The translations under genes were made by a program, and so were the position numbers. A model generated the notes under the pieces. The model was not told the origin of the DNA. It made no database searches and saw only the letters and a list, made by a program, of their open reading frames with translations. Shown here piece after piece: positions 30,313 through 41,050 of a DNA stretch of 64,000 bases (positions are counted from its first letter, which is position 1; the number at the start of each line of letters is the position of its first letter). This DNA is from an uncultured delta proteobacterium (lineage in GTDB: Bacteria > Myxococcota_A > Polyangia > Haliangiales > Haliangiaceae), in the NCBI GenBank assembly GCA_963743525.1, contig CAVUQH010000008.1:32001-96000 (forward strand), given 5' to 3'.

Positions 30313-30774
30313 ATGCCCAGGCCGCGTCCGGATGCGGTGTTCATACCCAAGGTCAGCTGGACCGCGCGCAACGCGCCATCCACGGTGGCCTACGGCGCCC
30401 TCGTCGGCACGCCGTCCACGATCATCCTGCTGCCGCGGTCGGGAACCGAGACCGCCGGTTTCACCCTGACGTTGCAGTGGAGCGAAGGCGGCGTTACGGC
30501 CGACGACATCCAGCGGTTCCTCTCCGACGCGGAGCGGCCGCTGAGCGAGATCGAAGCCACGCTGATCGACAACCTGCCGGAGTGGCAGACCAGGTGTGTT
30601 TTCCCGGTGGCAGAGCTGTCCCGGCTGGAGGTCCTGTCCGGCTGGAAGCTGTGGCTGGGATTGTCCGCCGTGTTGCAGGTGGGCGAGGAATCGCCCGTGT
30701 CACTGCGCGTGGCCAACAAGGCCCACCTGGGCGAGCTGCGCGAGATGTACCGAGATGCGCAGCGGCGCCGGTAG
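30313..30774 (+). CDS. Hypothetical protein
   Basis: Globular-looking ORF with high GC3; TACGTT box 6 nt before ATG 30313. Confidence 0.65.
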   Translation: MPRPRPDAVFIPKVSWTARNAPSTVAYGALVGTPSTIILLPRSGTETAGFTLTLQWSEGGVTADDIQRFLSDAERPLSEIEATLIDNLPEWQTRCVFPVAELSRLEVLSGWKLWLGLSAVLQVGEESPVSLRVANKAHLGELREMYRDAQRRR

Positions 30775-30813
30775 ACGCTTGCCGCGCCGGCGCCGTCGTG
30801 ACCAGAATTGGCC

Positions 30814-31689
30814 ATGGTGACGACGGCGGCGCAGGGAAACGCCTCGGCGATCGAGGCCTGGAACACGGTCCTCTTCGAGAAGTTTTGCCGGTACTTCGAC
30901 CTGCTCACCGACGGGTTGGGGCAGCACGGCTCGAAGTTGTTCGAGACCTTCCCGCCTCGTCCCGGCACGCGGGTCGTCAACATCGGCTGCGGCTTCGGTG
31001 ATACCGCGGTGCAGCTGGCGGAGCTGCTGGGCGACGAGGGCGAGGTGGTCGGGGTCGATTGCGCCGAGAACTTCGTCACCACCGCCGGCGAACGCGCCCG
31101 CGAGCAGGGCGCCCGTGGGGTCCGTTTCATCCGCGCCGATGTGCAGATGGACGAGCTCGGCGGACCGTACGACGCCGCCTACTCGCGCTTCGGCACCATG
31201 TTCTTCGACAATCCGGTGGCCGCCCTGCGCAACATCCGCCGGTCGCTGGTGCCCGGCGGAGCCCTGCACATGTCGGTGTGGCGCAAGCGCCAGGACAACC
31301 CGTGCTTCTACATTGCCCAGCAGGTGGTCGAGCAGTTCATCACCGCCGAAGACAAGGCCACCGACCAGGTGACCTGCGGGCCCGGGCCGTTCTCGATGGC
31401 CGGTCCCGACATGGTCAGTGACCAGCTGTTGGCGGCCGGCTTCACCGAGCCGTCGTTCCTCCGCTTCGACGCGCCAATGTGCATCGGCCGCGACCTCGAT
31501 CAGGCGCTGGCGTTCGCCCGCGACCTGGGCCCGGCGGGCGAATCGATCCGGCTGGCCAGCGAAAAGGCCGGCAGCAACGCCGCCGAAATCGAGGAGGCGC
31601 TGCGCCGGGCATTCGCGCCGTTCGTGCGCGACGACGGCGTCTGGGCGACCTCGAGTACCTGGCTGGTTCGCGCCAGCGCGGCGGCCTAG
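30814..31689 (+). CDS. Class I SAM-dependent methyltransferase
   Basis: VVNIGCGFG motif I, GVDC, SRFGTMFF, LVPGG, GPGPFS. Confidence 0.9.
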   Translation: MVTTAAQGNASAIEAWNTVLFEKFCRYFDLLTDGLGQHGSKLFETFPPRPGTRVVNIGCGFGDTAVQLAELLGDEGEVVGVDCAENFVTTAGERAREQGARGVRFIRADVQMDELGGPYDAAYSRFGTMFFDNPVAALRNIRRSLVPGGALHMSVWRKRQDNPCFYIAQQVVEQFITAEDKATDQVTCGPGPFSMAGPDMVSDQLLAAGFTEPSFLRFDAPMCIGRDLDQALAFARDLGPAGESIRLASEKAGSNAAEIEEALRRAFAPFVRDDGVWATSSTWLVRASAAA

Positions 31690-32852
31690 CCGAAGCGGAC
31701 GCTGTAGACCGGCGGCAGGTTGTTGGCCACCGTCACCCAGCTGTCGCCGCGGTTCTCGCTGAGGTAGAGGTTGCCGGTGGTGCTGCCGAACGCCAGGCAG
31801 TCGTCGCTGTTGTGCAGCGCGTGGCGGTAGACCACGTCATAGGCGTTTTCCTGCGGCAGTCCTTCGCGCAGCTGCTCCCAGCTCTCGCCGCCGTCGTTGG
31901 TGCGGGCGACGAATAGCGCGCCGTCGATGGCCATGCGCGCGAAGTCGGACTTGCCGGGCACGACCCAGGCGGTCTTGCCGTCGTCGGCATCGACCGCGAT
32001 GGGGAAGCCAAAGTGCACGCCGGCGTCGGCCTTGCTGACCCGCTTCCAGGTCTTGGCGCCGTCGGAGCTGAAGAACACACCGCTGTGGTTCTGCTGCCAG
32101 ACGTACTCGGGATGGTTCGCGCACAGGGTCAGGAAGTGCGGGTCGTGGCCCCACTCGGCGGCCGGATCCGGCAGGTAGTCGTTGAGCATCCCCTTGTTGC
32201 GGTTGTGCCAGGTGAGGCCACCGTCGGTGGTCTCCAGCACGCCGGCGGTGGAGATGGCGATGAGGATGCGGTCCGGGTTGGTCTGGTCGACGGCGATCGA
32301 GTGGATGCCGGGGGCGAACTCGCCGGTGTCGGCGGCCGCCGGGGTGCCGAACCAGTGGGTCATGCCGCTGCCGTCGGACTCGAACAGATCGCCGCCGCGC
32401 GACTCGTGGTTCCACAGCGGGCGGTTGAGCTCGAAGCTGTCGCCGCCGTCGGTGCTGGCGAACAGTCCGCCGGGAATGGTGCCGACGTAGACCCGTCCGC
32501 CCGGCGCGAAGCCCATCACCCACAGCTTGAGCAGCGTCGCCGACTGCAGGGTCACCGGGCCCGAGTCCGAGCCGTCCTCGCTGGGCGGCGGCGGCACGAA
32601 ATGCCGCGCGCCTTCCGGGTATTTCACCTGCGCCGCGTCGGTCCAGGTCTGGCCGTCGTCGGTTGACCGCGACAGCTTGGCGCCCCAGTGGCCGTGGCCC
32701 AGCGCCGCCCACAGCGTACCCGACTCGGGATCGCGAGCGATGTAGTTGACGCCCATGCCGCCGTGGCCCAACAGCCGCGGCGTCCAGCGACCGTTCTTCT
32801 TGTCGACGGCAAACGCTCCCTTGCGGGTGCCCACCAAGACGCGCTTCGACAT
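31686..32852 (-). CDS. BNR/Asp-box beta-propeller (sialidase-like, WD40/YVTN/BNR) protein
   Basis: Repeated S-x-D-x-G-x-(T/S)-W boxes (STDDGQTW, TTDGGLTW, SSDGAKTW, TNDGGESW, SENRGDSW); LVGTRKG start, NLPPVYSVRF end. Confidence 0.88.
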   Translation of the reverse strand: MSKRVLVGTRKGAFAVDKKNGRWTPRLLGHGGMGVNYIARDPESGTLWAALGHGHWGAKLSRSTDDGQTWTDAAQVKYPEGARHFVPPPPSEDGSDSGPVTLQSATLLKLWVMGFAPGGRVYVGTIPGGLFASTDGGDSFELNRPLWNHESRGGDLFESDGSGMTHWFGTPAAADTGEFAPGIHSIAVDQTNPDRILIAISTAGVLETTDGGLTWHNRNKGMLNDYLPDPAAEWGHDPHFLTLCANHPEYVWQQNHSGVFFSSDGAKTWKRVSKADAGVHFGFPIAVDADDGKTAWVVPGKSDFARMAIDGALFVARTNDGGESWEQLREGLPQENAYDVVYRHALHNSDDCLAFGSTTGNLYLSENRGDSWVTVANNLPPVYSVRFG

Positions 32853-32856
32853 GTTC

Positions 32857-33135
32857 CTATCCTCCGCTGAGCGCCTGCATGATCAGCACGCGCGAATCCG
32901 GCTCGACCCGATCGCTCAGGCGGCCGCGGTCCGAGATCATTTGATCGTCGACGAAGACGTTGACGTGACGGCGCAACCTGCCCCGCTCGTCACAGATGTA
33001 GAACGCGATGCCGGGCGCCAACTCGTCCAGCGCGCGCACCACCTCGGCGACGCTGGTCGCGTCGACGGCCAGGTCCTTTCCCTCCAGTGCGGGGAAGAAC
33101 GAGAACAGGTGCCGCGTGAGCTCGACTCGCGCCAT
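32857..33135 (-). CDS. MoaD/ThiS-family ubiquitin-like protein
   Basis: 92 aa, RRHVNVFVD motif, C-terminal ALSGG. Confidence 0.9.
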   Translation of the reverse strand: MARVELTRHLFSFFPALEGKDLAVDATSVAEVVRALDELAPGIAFYICDERGRLRRHVNVFVDDQMISDRGRLSDRVEPDSRVLIMQALSGG

Positions 33136-33203
33136 CGCCCGCTGATCCTATGCGCGATCGGGCGCCCGAGGTCCACCGCAATCGCGCCGGTTTTCGCCAA
33201 CGG

Positions 33204-34445
33204 CTACGGCGATGTCGCGGGCGGCGTGATGATGCCGGCGCCGCTGTGGCTGCCGACGATCAGCACGTATCCGGCCGAGCCGCCGCCGCCGCCCGCTCCC
33301 GCGCGGCTGGTGACACCGGCGCCACCGGACAGGGTCGTCCCGGCGCTGCCGATCCCCCCGTCGCCCTCGCCGACCATCGGCGAGGCGCCGTCGCCGCCGA
33401 TCGCGGCGACCAGCCCGACGGTGCCGTCGTTGCCCGCACCGCCGGTGGTCGGCGTCGTGCCGATGCGCGCGCCACCGCCGCCGCCGCTGCCGCCGTTGGC
33501 CGAGATCGTTCCATTGATGGTGACGGTCGCGGCCTCGAGGCCGATCATCCCGCCCGAGCCGCCGCCGCCGCCACCCGACTGCACCTCGCCCGGCTCGCCG
33601 CCGGCGCCGGTGGCGCGGAGGGTGCCGGCCGCGGTCACGTCGATCGTGCCCAGCGCGGCCAGGAACAGGGCGCCGCCGGAGGCGCCGCCGGGCCCGCCGT
33701 TGCCGGCGCCGTTGGTGTTGCTCTCGTCGCCGCCGGCATCCCCGGGACAGCCGCCGCGCACCACCTGCGGCGTCGCCGCCGCGGCGCCCGCCGTCCCACC
33801 CGCGGCGGTGCCATCGTTGCCGATGCTGTTGTCGTTGTCGCCGATGCCGCCGTTGCCGCCGACGTCGGCGAAGCTGCCGCCGGCACCGCCACCGGCACCG
33901 CCCGCGTCGTCCTCGGCCGCCGAGGTCGCGGCGCACGAGCTGTCGTCGGCGCCGGCGCCCGGCTGGTCGGGCCGGTAGCTGCTCACGTCGAGCAACCCGG
34001 ACACGCTCAGGTCGCCGTCGGAAAGGATGATCAGCGGGCGCGAGCCGACGCCGCGCAACGAGCCACCGGTCTCGATCGAGAAGGCAGTGACGTGGACCAG
34101 GCAGGCGTTGTTGCCGCCGCCCTGCGGGTAGTTCTTGCAGCGCGAGTCGCTGTCGGTGTCGATGGTCTCGGCGCCGGTGATCCGCCACGAGGCGCCGCCG
34201 CCGCCCTGGTCGCAGTCCGGGAGGAAGATCAGTGGGCAGGCTGCGGCGGCATCGGGCGATCCGGGCGCGGCGTCAGGTGCACCCGGGGCGGCGTCGGCGC
34301 TGCCTCCGCTGCCGCTGTCGGCCGAGGCGACCGGTCCATCGGCGGTGGCACCGAAGCCGCCGTCGTCGAAGGCGACGCCCGATCCGTCGAAGCTGCAACC
34401 GGCGAGCAGCGCCATGAGCAACCCCGTCGGACGATACAGCCTCAC
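33204..34445 (-). CDS. Gly-rich lipoprotein (beta-helix-like surface protein)
   Basis: LLAGC lipobox; DAAP linker; repeated GGGGGSGG...I.ANGG motifs; GTG start inferred. Confidence 0.75.
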   Translation of the reverse strand: MRLYRPTGLLMALLAGCSFDGSGVAFDDGGFGATADGPVASADSGSGGSADAAPGAPDAAPGSPDAAAACPLIFLPDCDQGGGGASWRITGAETIDTDSDSRCKNYPQGGGNNACLVHVTAFSIETGGSLRGVGSRPLIILSDGDLSVSGLLDVSSYRPDQPGAGADDSSCAATSAAEDDAGGAGGGAGGSFADVGGNGGIGDNDNSIGNDGTAAGGTAGAAAATPQVVRGGCPGDAGGDESNTNGAGNGGPGGASGGALFLAALGTIDVTAAGTLRATGAGGEPGEVQSGGGGGGSGGMIGLEAATVTINGTISANGGSGGGGGARIGTTPTTGGAGNDGTVGLVAAIGGDGASPMVGEGDGGIGSAGTTLSGGAGVTSRAGAGGGGGSAGYVLIVGSHSGAGIITPPATSP

Positions 34446-34569
34446 AGAGGTAGTGTAGGCCAATTGGCGGGTCGACTCCTATCGCCGAATTCGCCCGGCC
34501 GGCCCGAGCTGCCTTCCGCGACTCGGCGCGGCGACGCGACGAAGCGCCGGGCAAGCGCGCCTGAAGCGG

Positions 34570-35442
34570 TCAGCGGACGCGACGGCCGGAGATCGGCACG
34601 TTGGCGCCGACGCAGGTCCAGATGTTCTCGCCGTCGGTGCCGTCCTCGACGATCTGATACGAGCTGGTCACCGCCGTACCGGTCAGCTCGTTGCCCGAGA
34701 AGGTCAGCTCGAGGCTCACCGACGTCGTTCCGTCGCCGAGGTCGACGGCGGCGGTGCACGGGCCGCCACGAGTCACCGCAGAGTCGGCCCACGCCTCCTT
34801 GTACGGCAGCTGCGGCTCGCGCAGCGTGACGGCCAGGTCGTGGCCGAACGGCTCGACGCGCACGTATAGCGGCGACGCCAGATCCGGCGCCCCGCTGCAG
34901 TCGCGGTCGTCGTCGCGGTCCTCGTTGATCCAGGCGACCGCGGGATCGAAGCGCAGCTCGTAGATGCCGGGAACGATGCAGGCCGCGTCCGCATGGGGCG
35001 GGCCGTCGTCGCGCACGCCGTGGATCGCCTGCTGCTTGTCGCCGGCGACGATCGCGTGCGTGCGCGTCAGCGTGCCGGTGAAGCTGCTGGTTCGCGGATC
35101 GAGAGCCAGGGCGACGGCGATGTCACCGCCGGCCGCGGTCGTGGCGTTCAGTGCCAGCGTGCACCGCTTCGGATCGGTGGTGACCGCGATCGGCCCGCCG
35201 CGGAGGCCGAGCATGTCGACCCCTTCGATCAGCGTCGCCGTGCGACCGGCGACTTTGACGCGAAACCACCAGCCGTCGTGGCCGTTGGAGCGGAAGCGAA
35301 ACCGATAGGTCCCGTCGAGGGTGCAGCCCGCGGCGGCCGGCGCTGGTTGCGCGACGCGCGGCGACGCCGGCGCAGGCGCTCGAGCGGGAGGCGGGCCGCA
35401 GCCGATTGCGGCGGCAACGACCGCGGTGGCGACGACGCGCAT
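34570..35442 (-). CDS. Hypothetical lipoprotein with two related beta domains
   Basis: AAIGC lipobox, Pro-rich linker, CTLDGTY / CIVPGIY duplicated starts. Confidence 0.7.
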   Translation of the reverse strand: MRVVATAVVAAAIGCGPPPARAPAPASPRVAQPAPAAAGCTLDGTYRFRFRSNGHDGWWFRVKVAGRTATLIEGVDMLGLRGGPIAVTTDPKRCTLALNATTAAGGDIAVALALDPRTSSFTGTLTRTHAIVAGDKQQAIHGVRDDGPPHADAACIVPGIYELRFDPAVAWINEDRDDDRDCSGAPDLASPLYVRVEPFGHDLAVTLREPQLPYKEAWADSAVTRGGPCTAAVDLGDGTTSVSLELTFSGNELTGTAVTSSYQIVEDGTDGENIWTCVGANVPISGRRVR

Positions 35443-35613
35443 CTAGAACAGGTCGGTGACCTTGTCGAGGCCGGGAACCTTGTCGGCCAGGCCGCTCTTG
35501 CCGATCCATCCCGGGATGTCGTCGATGTGCTCGACGATGAAGTTGGCCACCGTCCTGGCCTGCTCCTCGCTGAGGCCGCACTTGTCGACGATTTTCGCGA
35601 TCATCTCTTCCAT
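35443..35613 (-). CDS. Small helical hypothetical protein (56 aa), not in the ORF track
   Basis: MEEMIAKIVDKCGLSEEQARTVANFIVEHIDDIPGWIGKSGLADKVPGLDKVTDLF; fills the gap exactly, stop abuts the next ATG. Confidence 0.75.
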   Translation of the reverse strand: MEEMIAKIVDKCGLSEEQARTVANFIVEHIDDIPGWIGKSGLADKVPGLDKVTDLF

Positions 35614-35649
35614 GGCCGGCAGTCTAGCCCAGGGATCGCGGCGGGCGGC

Positions 35650-36297
35650 CTAGCTTTTGCGCAGGATCTGGTCGGCGCCGGGAATCGTCACGGCGATGCC
35701 GCCAATCGCCATCGCGACGATCTCGGCGACGGGAAGATCGCGGTGCTCGATCCAGTCGAGGGCGAGGGCTTCGACCAGCCCGATCCAGCCGCGCAACGCC
35801 GCGCGCAAGCGGGGCGGATCGGCGCCGCCGGCGACTCCCGCGATCAGCGGCTCGATGTGTTCGCGGATGGTGTCGACGAAGCGGCGGCGCGTGCTCTCGA
35901 CCAGCTCTTGCACCACCGGGTCGAAGCCGACGCCGCCGCGGAGCAGGGTGGCGTAGGCGCCCGCGTGCTGATCGACGAAGCGGAAGTAGGCGTGCAGACC
36001 AGCCTCCAGTCGCTCGGCCGGCGGGCCGTCGCCCTCGGTCACGGTCTGCTCGAGCAGCGCCTCGGCGGCGCGGCCGAGCACGGCGACGTAGTAGTCGTGC
36101 TTGCTGGCGAAGTAGTGGAACAGCAGGCTGCGCGAGATACCCGCCTGCTCGGCAATCTCGTCGATCGACACGGCGTCGTACGACCGGTCGGCGAACGCCC
36201 GCAGCCCCAGATCGAGCAGCTGGCGGCGCCGATCCGCGACGCTCAGGCGAACCCGTGGGCTGCGTTTCTTCTGGGTTTTTGCCGGCATGGAAGCCAT
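35650..36297 (-). CDS. TetR/AcrR-family transcriptional regulator
   Basis: SIDEIAEQAGISRSLLFHYFASK HTH; divergent from the monooxygenase. Confidence 0.93.
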   Translation of the reverse strand: MASMPAKTQKKRSPRVRLSVADRRRQLLDLGLRAFADRSYDAVSIDEIAEQAGISRSLLFHYFASKHDYYVAVLGRAAEALLEQTVTEGDGPPAERLEAGLHAYFRFVDQHAGAYATLLRGGVGFDPVVQELVESTRRRFVDTIREHIEPLIAGVAGGADPPRLRAALRGWIGLVEALALDWIEHRDLPVAEIVAMAIGGIAVTIPGADQILRKS

Positions 36298-36319
36298 CCG
36301 TAACCCCAGTCTACAAAAC

Positions 36320-36369
36320 TATTGACTCATGCTCAATAGCGCTGGCATCTTATTGAGCATGAGTCAATA
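36320..36369. promoter_or_regulatory. Double TetR operator: perfect 19-bp inverted repeat, each arm a TATTGA-N7-TCAATA palindrome
   Basis: TATTGACTCATGCTCAATA (36320-36338) is the exact reverse complement of TATTGAGCATGAGTCAATA (36351-36369); overlaps a TTGACT -35-like box and the ATG at 36359. Confidence 0.85.
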
Positions 36370-38716
36370 CGAAGTCCCCCACTCCTCGGTAGCCATCCTC
36401 GGCAGTGGCTTCTCCGGCCTGGCCATGGCCGTCGAGCTTTCGCGCGCCGGCATCGACGACTTCGTCATCCTCGAGCGCTCCGCCACCCTGGGTGGCACCT
36501 GGCGCGACAATCACTACCCCGGCTGCGTCTGCGACGTGCCGTCGCACCTGTACTCGTTTTCGTTCGCGCCCAAGGCCGACTGGTCGTGCGTGTTCGCCCC
36601 GCAGGCCGAGATCCGCGCCTACCTCGAGAAGTGCGCCGACGACTTCGACGTGCGCCGCCACATCCAGTTCGAGACCAACGTCGCCGAGGCGCGATGGGAC
36701 GAGATCAACATGCGCTGGCACCTGCGCACCGGCGACGGTCGCGAGCGCACCGCCAACGCCGTGGTCCTGGGCATCGGCGCGCTGTCCAACCCGGCCATCC
36801 CCGAGCTGCCCGGCCTCGATCGCTTCCGCGGCGCCCAGTTCCACTCTGCCGAGTGGGACCACGACTACGACCTCACCGGCAAACGCGTCGCCGTGATCGG
36901 CACCGGCGCCAGCGCGATTCAGTTCGTGCCGCAGATTCAGCCCCAGGTCGACCAGCTGTTCGTCGTCCAGCGGACGCCGCCGTGGATCCTGCCCAAGCCG
37001 GACCGCCCCTACACCGACCGCGAGAAGCGCGCCTTCGCCTCGGTGCCCGGTCTGCGCTGGCTGTACCGGCAGTCGATCTTCGCCCGCCTCGAGGGTCGGT
37101 TCATCGGCCTCAGTCACCCGGTGCTGCTGGGCGTGGCCGAGCGCGAGGGCAAGCGCCACATCGCCCGCTACATCGACGACCCGGAGCTGCGCGCCAAGGT
37201 CACGCCGACCTACAAGCCGGGCTGCAAGCGGGTGCTCCTGTCCAATGACTACTACCCGGCGCTGGCGGCGCCCAACGTCGAGGTGATCGATCAGAGCATC
37301 TCCGAGGTCGGCAAGAAGTCGATCACCTTTGCCGACGGGCGGACCATCGAGGTCGACGCCATCATCTACGGCACCGGCTTCAAGGTGCACGACTACCTCG
37401 GCGGCATCCGCATCTACGGCGCCGGCGGTGAGAACCTGGGCGAGCGCTGGACCGAGACCGGCGCGCAGGCGTACCTGGGCACGACCGTCGCCGGCTGTCC
37501 CAACCTGTTCTTCCTGATGGGGCCCAACACCGGTCTCGGCCACAACTCGATGGTCGCCATGATCGAAGGGCAGGCCCACTACGCCCGCCAGGCGATCGAG
37601 CTGCTCCACCGCGGCCGCGCCGACGCCATCGAGCCGCGGCGCGAGCGCCAGGACGACTACAACCGGTGGATCGACCAGCGCAACGCGACCACCGTCTGGG
37701 CCTCGGGTTGCCGCAGCTGGTACCTCGACGAGCAGGGCCGCAACACCACCTTGTGGCCGGGCTTCGTCTCCACCTTCCGCGCGCGGACCGTGCGCTTGCG
37801 TCCGGGTGACTTCGAGCTGCGCAAGCGCTCGGCCGGGCCGCTGGACGGCAAGGTCGTCGTCATCACCGGCGCCGCTCGCGGCATCGGTGCCGAGACCGCG
37901 CGGCGGGCGGCGGCGCGCGGCGCACGCGTGGCGCTGCTCGGCCTCGAGCCCGAGCGGCTGGCCGAGGTCGCCCGCGAGCTGGGCCCGCAGCACGCCTGGT
38001 TCGAGTGCGACGTCACCGATCAGGCGGCGCTGGAGCGGGCCGTGGACGGCGCCGTGCGCCACTTCGGCGGCATCGACGTGGTCGTCGCCAACGCCGGCAT
38101 CGCCAACAACGGCACCGTCGCGGTCAATCCCGCCGACGCCCTGGCGCGCACCATCGACGTCAACCTGACCGGCGTCATTCGCACCGTCAGCGTGACGCTA
38201 CCGCACGTGACCGAGCGGCGCGGCTACTACCTGATCGTGTCGTCGGCCTCGGCGCTGCGGCCGCTACCCGGACTGTCGGCCTACGCCGCGTCCAAGGTCG
38301 GCGTCGAATATTTCGCCTCGGCGCTGCGCCTCGAGCTGGCGCACAAGGGCGTCGCGGTCGGCGTCGGCGTGCCGTGCTGGATCGACACCGATCTCGTGCG
38401 CGATCAGCAGCAGGAGCTCGACAGCTTCAACGAGCTTCTGCGCCGGCTGCCCGGGCCGTTCGGCACCGTGACCTCGGTCGACGAGTGTGCCGACGCCTTC
38501 GTCCGCGCCATCGAGCGCCGCGAGCGGGCCACCTACGTGCCCAGGTCGTTGCGCTGGTTCGCGCCGATTCGCTCGCTGCTGTCGACCGCACCGGCCGACT
38601 GGCTGATGGCCCGCCAGACGCGGAGCTTCATCCCCCGTCTCGAGGCCGACGTCCGCGCGCTCGGCCGCGCCTTTGGCCGCCAGAGCGTCGGCGCCCGGCG
38701 CGACCAGGCGGCGTGA
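36359..38716 (+). CDS. Baeyer-Villiger/flavin monooxygenase fused to a C-terminal short-chain dehydrogenase
   Basis: GSGFSG, GGTWRDNHYPG, FRGAQFHSAEWD (FxGxxxHxxxW), GTGASA; then TGAARGIG, VANAGI, YAASK (SDR). Confidence 0.9.
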   Translation: MSQYEVPHSSVAILGSGFSGLAMAVELSRAGIDDFVILERSATLGGTWRDNHYPGCVCDVPSHLYSFSFAPKADWSCVFAPQAEIRAYLEKCADDFDVRRHIQFETNVAEARWDEINMRWHLRTGDGRERTANAVVLGIGALSNPAIPELPGLDRFRGAQFHSAEWDHDYDLTGKRVAVIGTGASAIQFVPQIQPQVDQLFVVQRTPPWILPKPDRPYTDREKRAFASVPGLRWLYRQSIFARLEGRFIGLSHPVLLGVAEREGKRHIARYIDDPELRAKVTPTYKPGCKRVLLSNDYYPALAAPNVEVIDQSISEVGKKSITFADGRTIEVDAIIYGTGFKVHDYLGGIRIYGAGGENLGERWTETGAQAYLGTTVAGCPNLFFLMGPNTGLGHNSMVAMIEGQAHYARQAIELLHRGRADAIEPRRERQDDYNRWIDQRNATTVWASGCRSWYLDEQGRNTTLWPGFVSTFRARTVRLRPGDFELRKRSAGPLDGKVVVITGAARGIGAETARRAAARGARVALLGLEPERLAEVARELGPQHAWFECDVTDQAALERAVDGAVRHFGGIDVVVANAGIANNGTVAVNPADALARTIDVNLTGVIRTVSVTLPHVTERRGYYLIVSSASALRPLPGLSAYAASKVGVEYFASALRLELAHKGVAVGVGVPCWIDTDLVRDQQQELDSFNELLRRLPGPFGTVTSVDECADAFVRAIERRERATYVPRSLRWFAPIRSLLSTAPADWLMARQTRSFIPRLEADVRALGRAFGRQSVGARRDQAA

Positions 38717-38718
38717 GA

Positions 38719-39781
<1,063 letters not shown>

Positions 39782-39783
<2 letters not shown>

Positions 39784-40762
39784 GCCGGGTAAGGTACCGC
39801 TTGTGCGGCGCTACGTCTTCAGCGAGCTGCTGTCCATCGACCGGCTGCTGGCGCCGGACACCCTGGCGCTGCTGGCGGTACGTCGCATCCAGCTGTACGT
39901 CGCCATCACGCCGCCGGTGCGCCGCCGCGCGGTCGAGGTCGTCGACGCCTGCGGCGCGGCCGGGGTCGCGGTCGGGCTGTGGCCGATGATCGACGACGAT
40001 CGCGGACGCTGGGCCAGCGCCTGGACCGGCGGCGCCTTCGCCGACTACACCCGCGAGCTGGTCACCGAGCTCGACGCCGCCGGCCGCCTCCCCGACGAGC
40101 TGCTGATCGATCTCGAGCCGCCGATCGCCCTGACCCGCGCGCTATTGGCCAAGGGCCGGCCCGATCCACACCGACCGCCGCCGCGCGCCGGCGCTCGCGC
40201 CCTGCGCCAGCTGGTCGGCGAGCTCGACCGCGCCGGCCTGGCGGTCACCGCGGCGGCCCATCCGTGGGCGGTGTGCGGCGCCGGCGCTCGCGGCTGGCAG
40301 CGGGCGATGGGCACGCCGGTCGACGGCCTGCCGTTTCGCCGCGTCTTCGCCATGGCCTACACCTCGCTGATCGAGGGCTACAGCCGCGGCTTGCTCCGCC
40401 GCCGCGACGCGGAGGCGATGCTGGCCGCATGGACCCGCGGCGCGCGGGCGCACCTGGGCGCGGTCACCGGCGTCGCGCTCGGCGCGGTCGGCGTCGGTGC
40501 TCTGGGCGACGAGCGCTGCTACCGCGATCCCGGCGAGCTCGGCCGCGACGTCGCCATCGCCGGTGCCGCCGGCGCCGAGCAGCTGGCGCTGTTCGATCTG
40601 GCCGGCGTTCTCGATCGGCCACCCGCCGCGGCCTGGCTCGACGCGCTGTGCACCGACGGCGACGTCGCGCCGCCGCCGCGCACGGCTCGGGTGCGCGCGC
40701 TGCTCGGCACGACGGCGGTCGCCGGCCGAGTGCTGGACCGGCTGCTGCCCCGCCCGCGATAG
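39782..40762 (+). CDS. Hypothetical protein (possible TIM-barrel hydrolase-like)
   Basis: Long ORF with LWP, LLIDLEPP, MAYTS, LALFDL segments; start uncertain (possibly GTG ~39803). Confidence 0.6.
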
Positions 40763-40882
40763 CCGCGCTGCGAAATCGGTGCAGGGATCGACTGCCTTGC
40801 GCACATGGTGCGCGAATGATCGGAGCCGAGCGCCATCGTTGCTGGCATGCACATCGCAGGTTCTCCCGCCCAGGAGCCGCCG

Positions 40883-41050
40883 ATGGTTCATCCGCTCGAG
40901 CGCATCCACCCGCGCAATCTCAAGACCCTCGCGCACCACGTTCAGCAGCTGCTCGAGCGTCGCCTGTGGGCCAAGATCCTCGTGGGAATGCTCCTGGGGT
41001 TGCGGCGCCAGCTGGGCACCGACGTCTTGACCGACGAATCGGCGAGCTAG
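40883..41050 (+). pseudogene. 5' remnant resembling a dicarboxylate/amino-acid:cation symporter N-terminus
   Basis: AGGAG RBS, ...RLWAKILVGMLLG first-TM motif, then abrupt end. Confidence 0.45.
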
